DNA of 64,000 nucleotides from Schmidtea polychroa (Eukaryota): NCBI GenBank assembly GCA_044892525.1, contig CM097887.1, positions 1,240,001 to 1,304,000 of the forward strand, read 5' to 3'. Shown piece by piece: positions 1 to 13,500 of this stretch (position 1 is its first letter; each line of letters starts with the position of its first letter). The notes under the pieces were generated by a model. It saw only the letters and a program-made list of their open reading frames with translations, ran no database searches and was not told where the DNA came from. The position numbers and the translations under genes were made by a program.

Positions 1-2208
1 CATCTCATTTCCTCTCATGTTAGCTCTGAATTTCCCGAATGACTTGGGATATAACTTCGTCGAAATCTTCTTCAATTTTCTTCAAATTGAATGCTGACAA
101 AACAAATCAACCCCTCCATTTCAATCGATATAGTGACACTTTCTATGATCCCTGCATTTCACATTCAGGTCGTCCATCCAAACATATAAAAATTATATTG
201 TTATATCACTTTTAAATAAATGTTTTAGTCAAAAGAAAAGAGACTTGTCTAATAAAATTTAATTTTACCATTAACATATAATATCAAGTAATATAAATTA
301 ATACCTAAATATATACCAAACAAAAATAAAATTTTACATTTCCAAGGCTTCTTGAGTCGCAAAATTGTCAGTGGGATCCGCAATAAGGTGATTGTTAGTT
401 ATTGAGAATTGTTGTCCTAGTCGATGGCTATGTTGAACGGCTACGAATCTTAAGATGTTGTAACTAAATTATAAAATTAAAAACTGGGGGAATTAGCCGC
501 TCTATTTTCTTATATACTGGATTCTGTCCAATCAGAATCCAACACGGTTGTATTATTGTATTTTTTCTTGTTTTTTCTCTTTTTTATTCTTTTCTTATGT
601 TTTCTTTATTATTTTTAGTGCTTTTATTAATAAATAATTTTAATATTTTCTTTTGTTGGTTTTTGGGGTATTATCTCGTGATTTTTTACTTTAATTATTA
701 TTTCTATTTTTTGGGTTTGCTATTATTATTTGATTTTCTCGTTATTTCTACCCTTTATGACTATTATTTTTCTATTTTTTCTTTATTTTTCTTTCTTAGG
801 GGTAATACTTAGGGTTTTTTTCTTTATTGATTTTTTTCTGTTATTTTTATTTTTGATTATCGGTTTTTTCATCTGGCTCTTTACTCTTCCTTTCTACTTG
901 GCTAATTCCCCTCCTAACTTAATTCCTATTTAGTTATTTTATATGGCGGTTTGGACTCACTGAGTTATCAGCCCAACACTTGTTAGTTAAGAATTACTTT
1001 GTCGTATTTCATTGTATAATCTTATTGATTTTGCTATTTTATTCTCAATTTCAATTTCTTTTTTCTCATTTCTATTTCTCAGAATTCTGGAACGATTCAT
1101 CATCCATTTTATTATTAGATATCCTCAAGAATAGTAATTAAAAATTTGTGAAATAATGTCTTCTTTTTATTTAGACGCAAAGAAAAGTGAAGATGGTAAT
1201 TTATCTCTCAAAATATATCGTAAAGAAATATATTTGTAAATAACGGTTTTGGTTTTTTTAATGTTTGATTAATCAGTCAATATTAAATATTCAGTATTTT
1301 AATTAGAATGTTAAATAATTTATGTTTCAGTAAATAAAATAATTTTGTTCAGTAAAACAAGATTGAACATTTGCTTTAATTAGTGAACATTTAATTAATT
1401 TTACTTAGCATAAAAATACTGAACATTTTAATCGCACTCTTGTTTGATTATCTTTTTAATATTTCTATAAATTACGGCATGTCGCCCCTTGTCTATATCT
1501 ACTTTTATGATTGTGATGCAAAACTAGATTTCTAATCAAATACTCTTTCTAAAGCTTTATAAAATATTGAAAAATCATGAAAAATATCTTTACAAATAAA
1601 CCTAGCCTTCATGTTTCTCAATAAATCCATTGATCTGGTTTACTAATGATCGAATATAGAATATTGAATGTGTAAAAAGATCAATTCTCCTCTGAAAAAG
1701 CAGTTGAAAACATGTTCATAAGAATTGCATTCATCTTACTGTAAGTACTTTTCTCTATATCTTTTCGCAATTTTGTCAAATAAAAATGTCGAGACTGAAA
1801 GAGGTAATGCAAATCCTTGATTCGGATTATATTTAAATAAAGTAAATCATGAATGTTCACAATGACGTGACACTTATTTTATTTCACTGTGACTGTCGGT
1901 CTTATTAGAATGGGGTGGTCAGGAGGTTAGGATACTTTTGCTTTTGAATATAAACCTTTGCAGTTAAAAAGAAGGATCAACCTTTCCACAAAAGTATTAA
2001 ACTTCATGTCGATTTTTTAAAAATTAATAAAGGACTCCCCAAAAATATAATAAATACATGAACAAATTTGATTGTAACCCTTTCAGGGAGGTGCATTCCC
2101 ATTCCAATATCAGGTTGATATAAGACCCAAAGTTATTTATTTTTCATCAATCAACATTTTATTTATGTCATTAGTCAAATATTTCAATTTCAAAATTATA
2201 TTCAGACA

Positions 2209-2543
2209 TTAGACAAAATGAGATCTATCCTGGCATTCAAAGAAAAGAACATTCGTTTTGTCGCAACGGTAGGAAGCGCAGCATTTCAAGCACGCCTCTT
2301 CTGTCAACCCGGCACCTACAAATGATAAATTGACCATTCTCGAATAATAACTTACAATTAGAGGTATATTGAACTTTTAGTGGTTTGGTCGGTTTCGGTG
2401 TAGGTTTAGACGCCTCAACCCATAAGAAAGTCACTACAAGGAGCAACAGAAGACATTTTCCGTACTGAAAATATAATGAATATTAAATAATATCTATAAA
2501 ATAATCTCAATAGCAATCAAATCATAACAAAACGCCTCACCAT
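2209..2543 (-). CDS. Small secreted cysteine-rich peptide, 3 exons (2543-2541, 2464-2356, 2315-2209), 72 aa
   Basis: ATG|GTGAGG...TTTTCAG (76-nt intron) and T|GTAAGT...TTTGTAG (40-nt intron). Spliced product MYGKCLLLLLVVTFLWVEA-SKPTPKPTKPLKVQYTSNCAGLTEEACLKCCASYRCDKTNVLFFECQDRSHFV has a signal peptide and six Cys. An AATAAA lies downstream on the minus strand (~2135). Confidence 0.6.
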
Positions 2544-4477
2544 TGCTGGAATTTTGTTTATGTATTTGCATAATTATTTACTGATTTATATTGGATTGTT
2601 GAGCTCGGGTAGCGAGATTGGGATTCGATAATTGGGCATGGCAACCGCATAAATTATGCTCCCGAACATCTGATTGGATATCAGCATAAATTACGCTCGG
2701 CAACTTCTGATTGGATATCTGCATAAATTATACTTTTTTAAATTGAAACATTGAATAGTTATTTCTTTTTCATTTTGAATTATTTCTAGTTATTTTTAAT
2801 TCTTTTTTACCCTTTAAAAATGTTAAACATAAAATTTGATTAAAATTCAATTGTTTATTTGTTTTAATTGCCCATATTTTTCTGTATTTCACTCTTTTCA
2901 AATATGGCTACTCTTGTCGGCAAATTAGTGAGTAAATATTTAAAATATTTTAAAGCTTTAAAGGACTTTCATCATTGTGGTATATTCAAAAGATTATTAT
3001 AAAAACTTTAGGATAAACTTAAAAAATGTTTCTTTTTAAATCAAATTAATATCACATGTTTAAGGTCTAAAAAAAAGAAAAATAATTAATAAAATTGTCA
3101 CCTGTCTTTAGTGTTTTGGAATCACTAATAGACACTGATGAGTTAAGATAGTCATTGTCAAACTTTTGTTTGGCTCTGGATTTTTACCCGACGTAATAGA
3201 ATATCTTATGGGAAGATATATTGAAAAGCCGGTAATTTTTACAAGAATTTGGATCAAGCCTTTTATACGCCTTAAATCATAATTACTTAATGAATAATCA
3301 ACGACAGATAAATAATTTATATTCATATTTCATATTCTTTCTACATCCAATACAAAATAAAGTTTCGAAATGAATCATTGCCTTTAATTATATTATATAT
3401 TTTTTTATATAAAAAATATCCGCCAAATCATGAGGCATCGAATGAGTCATGCATTTTTTCAGCCAATTAAAATGAGCGGGGTTTTATGGCCCACTTCTAA
3501 TGTTGAGATAGAAAATTATAGATTAGATTAGATCTATTCACTTGCACTAGCTTAGTTTCAGCTATCATTGAATTGTCATCATAACAATGATTGAAATTTT
3601 TAGATTAAATTTAATTATTTCAATTATTTTAATTTTTACTCTTTTCTTTTATGATTGGTTATTTTGGTATTATTTATTTTTATTGTATGGTAAGTTAATT
3701 AATTTTTTAATTCTTATTTTTGTTCATATTTTAAATGTTTTAAATATATTTGCAACTTCTTGAATTCTTTTTATTATTTATGTAATTGTTGTATTATTAC
3801 TATTTGTTTAATTGGCTTTTTGTTTTTATTTTAAATGATTTTCTGTTAGTGCGAATATAGTACCAGGAACTCGATTGATTTCGAAATTTCGTGGGTTCGA
3901 GCTCAACAAATAGTTTTACTGATGATATATAAGGTCTAATATTAATAAAAGGAATTCAGGTATAAAATCAGGTAAACTAAAATAATTTTAATTAAAGTTT
4001 AGGTAAAGTATGACTCAGGGCAAAAAGTAAAAAGAAAACTTTGTTAATTTACTAAAACCTTACATATTTATTAAAAGTCCTAATATAAAAAATATTAAAA
4101 ATAGAAATGCTAATTTTCATCTATAAACCTCCCTCCTTAATTACTGCAATCGGTAATTTTTATATATAAGCATCACCAGTGCAAGTTGGGTTTCATGAGA
4201 ATTTGTGGCCGCAACAGTACTTTAGAAATAATCTAGTAATTTTAATATTTTTTTAAATCACTCACATATTTCGAAAGTCAATCATGACTGCTAATATGAA
4301 AATCAAGAATAATTAAAATAATGTAAATCTTTTTAATAAAAAATATTGGTATAATAATTAATTAAAATTTCATAATTAAAATTTCATAATTAAAATTTCA
4401 TAATTAAAATTTCATTTCATTAAATTAATAATTATAAAAGCTATTGAATAATAAATGATAGAAATGTTTAAACTGAC

Positions 4478-4506
4478 ATTTCCATAACAACCGGTTGCTA
4501 AGTAGC
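4478..4506 (+). promoter_or_regulatory. Tandem RFX X-box-like motifs upstream of the dynein start codon
   Basis: ATTTCCATAACAAC and GTTGCTAAGTAGC lie ~80-105 nt before the ATG at 4584. They resemble the X-box consensus GTYNYYATRRNAAC of ciliary genes; both are imperfect. Confidence 0.35.
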
Positions 4507-4583
4507 TGATAATTTATTAGTAATAGATAATAGAGTTTCACGATAGAATATCAAATTAATAATTCTCATTACCATATTTGATT

Positions 4584-7500
4584 ATGGCTTCTGAATTAGA
4601 ACTGAATGACAAACGCGGCGAATTTATCGGTGATTACGTACTGAAATCGTTGAAGCAAAAATCAGATAAGTTCCTCAAATTATGGAATACGGATGAAACG
4701 AAACAAATGATGCTAGATTTCTTTGAGAAGCCTGAAATACAGCATTTATTCGTGCTACAAGCTCCTGGTGGAGGAGCATTGAACCTGCAGAACGAGTTTC
4801 CCACTAATTTAAAAAGTAAAGCTTGCTTCTTTACCAAGAAAGCAAAAGAATCGATCTCGCGTGATGCCGCATTCAATAAAGTGCTGATATTTGGTGACAT
4901 ATCCTACACTCCATTGGATCAGTTCTCTTCATTTGTTGATGAGGTAATATTTGTTGATGAGATATAATCACACATATAATCACATAATGACATATATAAT
5001 ACAATGTAATCAATCACATATACCCTTCAGGTGATCTTGCCAGTCCTATCCAATACCAAGAATCAGGAATCATGGCCATCTGTCATATCCAATGATGTCA
5101 TACGTCACTCTAATTCACTCAAGCATCAAACTGATGTAGTACTCGGACAATCAAAAGGCAAAACTCTGCTACCATTGCCAGTGGGCTCAGAGAAAGTTTC
5201 AGAGGGGGATATAAATTCTTTTGGGTGAGTTGAGTATTGATAATATTAACGGGCAATTATGATATGAATTATAACTTTTATCTATATTCATTTTTATTTA
5301 GATATTCCCAATGGGCCTCAGGTTGGCATTTTGTTATTTTCTGGCCGTTGCAACCTNNNNNNNNNNNNNNNNNNNNNNNNNNNNNNNNNNNNNNNNNNNN
5401 NNNNNNNNNNNNNNNNNNNNNNNNNNNNNNNNNNNNNNNNNNNNNNNNNNNNNNNNNNNNNNNNNNNNNNNNNNNNNNNNNNNNNNNNNNNNNNNNNNNN
5501 NNNNNNNNNNNNNNNNNNNNNNNNNNNNNNNNNNNNNNNNNNNNNNNNNNNNNNNNNNNNNNNNNNNNNNNNNNNNNNNNNNNNNNNNNNNNNNNNNNNN
5601 NNNNNNNNNNNNNNNNNNNNNNNNNNNNNNNNNNNNNNNNNNNNNNNNNNNNNNNNNNNNNNNNNNNNNNNNNNNNNNNNNNNNNNNNNNNNNNNNNNNN
5701 NNNNNNNNNNNNNNNNNNNNNNNNNNNNNNNNNNNNNNNNNNNNNNNNNNNNNNNNNNNNNNNNNNNNNNNNNNNNNNNNNNNNNNNNNNNNNNNNNNNN
5801 NNNNNNNNNNNNNNNNNNNNNNNNNNNNNNNNNNNNNNNNNNNNNNNNNNNNNNNNNNNNNNNNNNNNNNNNNNNNNNNNNNNNNNNNNNNNNNNNNNNN
5901 NNNNNNNNNNNNNNNNNNNNNNNNNNNNNNNNNNNNNNNNNNNNNNNNNNNNNNNNNNNNNNNNNNNNNNNNNNNNNNNNNNNNNNNNNNNNNNNNNNNN
6001 NNNNNNNNNNNNNNNNNNNNNNNNNNNNNNNNNNNNNNNNNNNNNNNNNNNNNNNNNNNNNNNNNNNNNNNNNNNNNNNNNNNNNNNNNNNNNNNNNNNN
6101 NNNNNNNNNNNATGATTATTATTATTTNNNNNNNNNNNNNNNNNNNNNNNNNNNNNNNNNNNNNNNNNNNNNNNNNNNNNNNNNNNNNNNNNNNNNNNNN
6201 NNNNNNNNNNNNNNNNNNNNNNNNNNNNNNNNNNNNNNNNNNNNNNNNNNNNNNNNNNNNNNNNNNNNNNNNNNNNNNNNNNNNNNNNNNNNNNNNNNNN
6301 NNNNNNNNNNNNNNNNNNNNNNNNNNNNNNNNNNNNNNNNNNNNNNNNNNNNNNNNNNNNNNNNNNNNNNNNNNNNNNNNNNNNNNNNNNNNNNNNNNNN
6401 NNNNNNNNNNNNNNNNNNNNNNNNNNNNNNNNNNNNNNNNNNNNNNNNNNNNNNNNNNNNNNNNNNNNNNNNNNNNNNNNNNNNNNNNNNNNNNNNNNNN
6501 NNNNNNNNNNNNNNNNNNNNNNNNNNNNNNNNNNNNNNNNNNNNNNNNNNNNNNNNNNNNNNNNNNNNNNNNNNNNNNNNNNNNNNNNNNNNNNNNNNNN
6601 NNNNNNNNNNNNNNNNNNNNNNNNNNNNNNNNNNNNNNNNNNNNNNNNNNNNNNNNNNNNNNNNNNNNNNNNNNNNNNNNNNNNNNNNNNNNNNNNNNNN
6701 NNNNNNNNNNNNNNNNNNNNNNNNNNNNNNNNNNNNNNNNNNNNNNNNNNNNNNNNNNNNNNNNNNNNNNNNNNNNNNNNNNNNNNNNNNNNNNNNNNNN
6801 NNNNNNNNNNNNNNNNNNNNNNNNNNNNNNNNNNNNNNNNNNNNNNNNNNNNNNNNNNNNNNNNNNNNNNNNNNNNNNNNNNNNNNNNNNNNNNNNNNNN
6901 NNNNNNNNNNNNNNNNNNNNNNNNNNNNNNNNNNNNNNNNNNCTTGTCTATAAGCCGGACTCGTGCATAAACCGGTTTCTCTAAATCACATATATTAAAA
7001 AAATTTTTTTTTATCTTAGATAAGCCGGACTCATGGATAAGCCGTAAAGTTTTTAAGTAATTTCGCGCATATTTATTGGACCTCAACGTGCGTAATGGCA
7101 TCCCGTTGATCTTTTACAGCAAGATAGTCTACAAAACCGCATAATAGGAAATGGCCCTCATATGGTAGCAGACTGGTTCGACGAATGCTGGGATGAAATA
7201 ACGGTGGATTGCATTAAAAATGGATTTAAGGCTGCGAATATCTGTGAATATTCAAATGAAGAGGCAATAAGGGTCACTTGTAGCGAAGAAGAATTTGAAG
7301 AAGAATCCGAGAGCGAAATTGAATCAGAAATTCCAGCATCTTATAATGATATTCTTGAGTTTTTCAATACTGAATCAGGAGAAGAATTTGATGGCTTTGA
7401 TTAATCGAGAATTTAAATTAAAAGGAAAATTATTAGTGGGCAAATATTTTTTTAAAAATGCATAACCTTTTCATTTAATATATTTTGTGTATAAGCCGTA

Positions 7501-10500
7501 CTTATGTATAAGCCGATACTGTTTTTATGAATGTCGGGTTGATTTTTTTTTAGATAAGCCGCGGCTTATAGACAAGAACTTAGGGTAGTTTGATTATTAC
7601 CATTTTTATCTTTATTCTTATGCGCATTTTTTTTATTTATAGTTTTNNNNNNNNNNNNNNNNNNNNNNNNNNNNNNNNNNNNNNNNNNNNNNNNNNNNNN
7701 NNNNNNNNNNNNNNNNNNNNNNNNNNNNNNNNNNNNNNNNNNNNNNNNNNNNNNNNNNNNNNNNNNNNNNNNNNNNNNNNNNNNNTTATTGCATATTAGC
7801 ATTATAATTATTATATGTTAGCATTATAATGATACCAACCATTAAAGTTACGGTGGTTAGTGATGAGCATATAGAGTTATAATAATAATGTCAGAGTTAT
7901 AAAACAATTTGCCTTGATATCAATGACTAGAACATCTGGTATGTTCAGAGAGGTGCCAAGAAGTATTATCTATGCGATAGAAACCGTTGTGATTGAATGG
8001 GCCCATCAGATTGATGATGTTCTGAGCAAGCAATCGTCTGAGCAGTTGATCGCAGGCCTTAATCCAACCCCCTTTGTCGAACTTGATTACTGGAAAACTC
8101 GATCGTTCAATTTGGAATGCATTTACGAACAATTGGCGTCACCGAAGGTCAAGAAGATGGCGACCTTATTGGAATATGTTGACAGTACATATGCGCCTCC
8201 ATTCAAGCACATTTTCAAATCTGTCGTAGCAGGTGGGACCCTGATATAGGAGGGATCTTATTTATTGATATTCCCTATTCAGCACTGAAGGAATCCCAGA
8301 ATATCAACCTTTATTTATCCCCTTTGAGGAACCAGCTGGAAGAGATAGAGCAAGTAGAATTCAATGAAATGGGGCCAATGATTGATCCATTGTTTCACGT
8401 GCTCTGTCTGATTTGGGCGCATTGCAAGGATTATCGGGTGCCTGAACGGATCGTTGTGCTAGCCCAGGAAATTTCTAATCTCATTATCAATTGCGTATGA
8501 ATTGTTTATTCATTATGATCCAGATCATCATTTATTGCTTCCATTACGCCACACAGTGTCACGCTTACCTTGATCCCAAGGAAATATTCAAAGGGGAACC
8601 AGAGGAAGCCGCAGATAAAGTCGAGAGATCCCTAAAAATACTCAATCTATTTAAAGAAAGCTTTGAATCGCACCGTGGTAAAGTGAAGGAATATTTCAAG
8701 GATGGTACAGAAGGTTTGGATTGGGAATTTGCAAGCAATCTAATATTTGGTCGGTTGGATTCATTCATGAAGCGGATTGAGATAGTGAAGGTGAATTATA
8801 TTTCTATGATCCTATGATCCTATGATTCAATGATCCTATGATCCTATGATCCTATGATTCTATGATTCTATGATCCTATGATTCTATGATCCTATGATTC
8901 TATGATCCTATGATCCTATGATTCTATGATCCTATGATTCAATGATCCTTTGATTCTATGATCCTATGATCCTTTGATTCAATGATCCTATGATCCTATG
9001 ATCCTATGATCTTATGATCCTATGATTCTATGATCCTATGATTCTATGATCCTATGATCCTATGATTCAATGATCCTATGATTCTATGATCCTATGATTC
9101 TATGATCCTATGATTCAATGATCCTTTGATTCAATGATCCTTTGATTCAATGATCCTATGATTCTATGATCCTTTGATTCAATGATCCTTTGATTCAATG
9201 ATCCAATGATCCTATGATTCAATGATCCTTTGATTCAATGATCCTATGATCCTTTGATTCAATGATTCTATGATCCTATGATTCTATGATCCTATGATTC
9301 AATGATTCTATGATCCTATGATCCTATGATCCTTTGATTCAATGATCCTTTGATTCAATGATCCTATGATTCAATGATCCTATGATCCTTTGATTCAATG
9401 ATTCTATGATCCTATGATTCTATGATCCTTTGATTCAATGATCCTTTGATTCAATGATCCTATGATTCAATGATCCTTTGATTCAATGATCCTTTGATTC
9501 AATGATTCTATGATCCTATGATCCTATGATTCAATGATCCTATGATCTTATGATTCTATGATCCTATGATCCCATGATTCAATGATCCTATGGCTTGATC
9601 TTATATATATATATATAATTATATCTTTATTTAGTGGATTCTCAATGCCAGCCTTGAATTCAATAAGCTGGAGAAAATAGAAATATCTGGCATCAAAGGC
9701 AGGAATCTCAGTCAGAATATTGTCGATATGTTCGAGGAGTTCAAGAATATCTTCAAAGGTTTTACGGAGCAAACCTATGATTGTTTGGATCCTTTGGAAA
9801 CGGATTTCCTGCAGGATTATCACAAATTCAAGGCCAGCATTGACGATCTCGATCGTAGATTGGCTACCACCGTGTCGCAGGCTTTTGTGGATTGCAATAG
9901 TTATGACGCTGCTTTCAAGGTGATGAATTATTGATGATTTATTAATGACCTATTGATGACATATTGATGCCCTATATATGCACTATTGATGCCCTATTGA
10001 TGCCCTATATGTGCACTATTGATGCACTATTGATGACCTATTGACATATTGATGCCCGATTGATGACATATTGATGCACTATTTATGCACTATTGATGAC
10101 ATATTGATGCACTATTTATGCACTATTGATGCACTATTGATGCACTATTGATGCCCGATTGATGCACTATTTATGCCCTATTGATGCACTATTGATGACA
10201 CATTGATGCCCTATATATGCACTATTGATGCACTATTGATGCCCTATATATGCACTATTGATGCCCTATTGATGCACTATTGATGTCCTATTGATGCCTT
10301 ATTGATGCCCTATTGATGACACATTGATGCCCTATATATGCACTATATATGCACTATTGATGCACTATTGATGCCCTATTGATGACACATTGATGCCCTA
10401 TATATGCACTATTGATGCCCTATATATGCACTATTGATGCACTATTGATGCACTATTGATGCCCTATTGATGACACATTGATGCCCTATATATGCACTAT

Positions 10501-13500
10501 TGATGCACTATATGCACTATTGATGCCCTATTGATGCACTATTGATGCACTATTGATGCCTTATTGATGCCCTATTGATGCCCTATTGATGACACATTGA
10601 TGCCCTATATATGCACTATTGATGCACTATTGATGCACTATTGATGCCCTATTGATGCCCTATTGATGCCCTATTGATGACACATTGATGCACTATTGAT
10701 GCACTATATATGCACTATTGATGCCCTATATATGCACTATTGATGCACTATTGATGCACTATTGATGCCCTATTGATGACATATTGATGCCCTATTGATG
10801 CCCTATTGATGACACATTGATGCCCTATATATGCACTATATATGCACTATATGCACTATTGATGCCCTATTGATGCACTATTGATGCACTATTGATGCAC
10901 TATTGATGCACTATTGATGCACTATTGATGCACTATTGATGCCCTATTGATGACATATTGATGCCCTATTGATGCCCTATTGATGATATATTGATGCACT
11001 ATTTATGCACTATTGATGCCCTATTGATGACATATTGATGTCCTATTGATGCCCTATTGATGCCCTATTGATGCCCTATTGATGCACTATTTATGCACTA
11101 CTGATGCCTTATTGATGCACTATTTATGCACTATTGATGCCCTATTGATGCCCTATTGATGATATATTGATGACATATTGATATATTTATGACCTATATA
11201 TATTTCTATTATTCAGTTGATTGACATATTCGGTGGGCTTCTCGATAGGCCAATACTCAAGTTGGAATTTGACAAGCGATATTTTGAACTAGTGAAAATG
11301 CTGGATGAAGAAATGGAGAATGACAAGCTGATCTATGACATTCATACAAGTGACGATGAGAAGGTGGGTAAGATTCATAAGAATATGCCAAAGGTGACCG
11401 GAGAATTGGAATGGTGCAAAGAAATGAGAGAACGAATCAAGCACCCATTGATATTAGCATCTCATCTGGATCATCAGTATTAATATATATGTATATATAT
11501 ATTTGCTTATCATTTACCCTCATTTCCAAGGGCATTCAAAACCGCTGAATTCAATTTGGTCGTCAAGAAGCATGATGAACTGCTGGAATTACTGAAAAAG
11601 TATTTTGATTTCTCATTTTCCCTTTTGACGGGTTGATTTTAGGCATGAAATGAAATATTACAATAGCTGGCTGACAGGTGTTGATGAAACATGCTCTTTC
11701 AATTTGTCGCAACCCTTACTCATTCGCAACCTGGATACGATGTTTATATCTGTTAACTTTGATACGAAGGTTGGTGGTCAATTGATAGCTATGTTATCAT
11801 TATTGATTATTGATTGATTGGTTTATCTGTTGATTGATTGGTTTATCTGTTGATTGGTTGGTTTATCTGTTGTTTGGTTGGTTTATCTGTTGATTGGTTG
11901 GTTTATCTGCTGATTGGTTGGTTTATCTGTTGATTGGTTGGTTTATCTGTTGATTGGTTGGTTTATCTGTTGATTGGTTGGTTTATCTGTTGATTGGTTG
12001 GTTTATCTGTTGATTTGTTGATTTATCTGTTGATTGGTTGGTTTTATCTGTTGATTGGTTGGTTTATCTGTTGATTGGTTGGTTTATCTGTTGATTGGTT
12101 GGTTTATCTGTTGATTGGTAGGTTTATCTGTTGATTGGTTGGTTTATCTGTTGATTGGTTGGTTTATCTGTTGATTGGTTGGTTTATCTGTTGATTGATT
12201 GGTTTATCTGTTGATTGATTGGTTTATCTGTTGATTGATATATTGATTGGTTGGTTTATCTATGGATTGGTTGGTTTATCTGTTGATTGGTAGGTTTATC
12301 TGTTGATTGGTTGGTTTATCTGTTGATTGGTTGGTTTATCTGTTGATTGGTTGGTTTATCTGTTGATTGGTAGGTTTATCTGTTGATTGGTAGGTTTATC
12401 TGTTGATTGGTTGGTTTATCTGTTGATTGGTTGGTTTATCTGTTGATTGGTTGGTTTATCTGTTGATTGGTTGGTTTATCTGTTGATTTGTTGATTTATC
12501 TGTTGATTGGTTGGTTTATCTGTTGATTGGTTGGTTTATCTGTTGATTGGTTGGTTCATCTGTTGATTGGTTGGTTTATCTGTTGATTGGTTGGTTTATC
12601 TGTTGATTGGTTGGTTTATCTGTTGATTTGTTGATTTATCTGTTGATTGGTTGGTTTATCTGTTGATTGGTTGGTTCATCTGTTGATTGCTTGGTTTATC
12701 TATGGATTGGTTGGTTTATCTGTTGATTGGTTGGTTTATCTGTTGATTGGTTGGTTTATCTGTTGATTGGTTGGTTTATCTGTTGATTGGGTTGTTTATC
12801 TGCTGATTGGTTGATTTATCTGTTGATTGATTGGTTTATCTGTTGATTGATTGGTTTATCTGTTGATTGGTTGGTTTATCTGTTGATTGGTTGGTTTATC
12901 TGTTGATGGTTGGTTTATCTGTTGATTGATATATTGATTGGTTGGTTTATCTATGGATTGGTTGGTTTATCTGTTGATTGGTTGGTTTATCTGTTGATTG
13001 GTTGGTTTATCTGTTGATTGGTTGGTTTATCTGTTGATTGGTTGGTTTATCTGTTAATTGGTTGGTTTATCTGTTGATTGGTTGGTTTATCTGTTGATTG
13101 GTTGGTTTATCTGTTGATTTGTTGATTTATCTGTTGATTGGTTGGTTTTTCTGTTGATTGGTTGGTTTATCTGTTGATTGATATATTGATTGGTTGGTTT
13201 ATCTATGGATTGGTTGGTTTATCGGTTGATTGGTTGGTTTATCTGTTGATTGGTTGGTTTATCTGTTGATTGGTTGGTTTATCTGTTGATTGGTTGGTTT
13301 ATCTGTTGATTGGTTGGTTTATCTGTTGATTGGTTGGTTTATCTGTTGATTGGTTGGTTTATCTGTTGATTTGTTGATTTATCTGTTGATTGGTTGGTTT
13401 ATCTGTTGATTGATATATTGATTGGTTGGTTTATCTATGGATTGGTTGGTTTATCTGTTGATTGGTTGGTTTATCTGTTGATATGTTGGTTTATCTGTTG

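Noticed and set aside
431-978. TGTTG...CCAACA-bounded segment (and a TGTTGGGCT start at 37306) resembling further solo LTRs
   Set aside because: No target-site duplication and no alignable partner in the window.
5237-7101. Long ORFs containing X runs (also at 29535-30084, 38195-38422, 42162-42510, 56616-57234)
   Set aside because: Artefacts of N runs; no coding evidence can be read.
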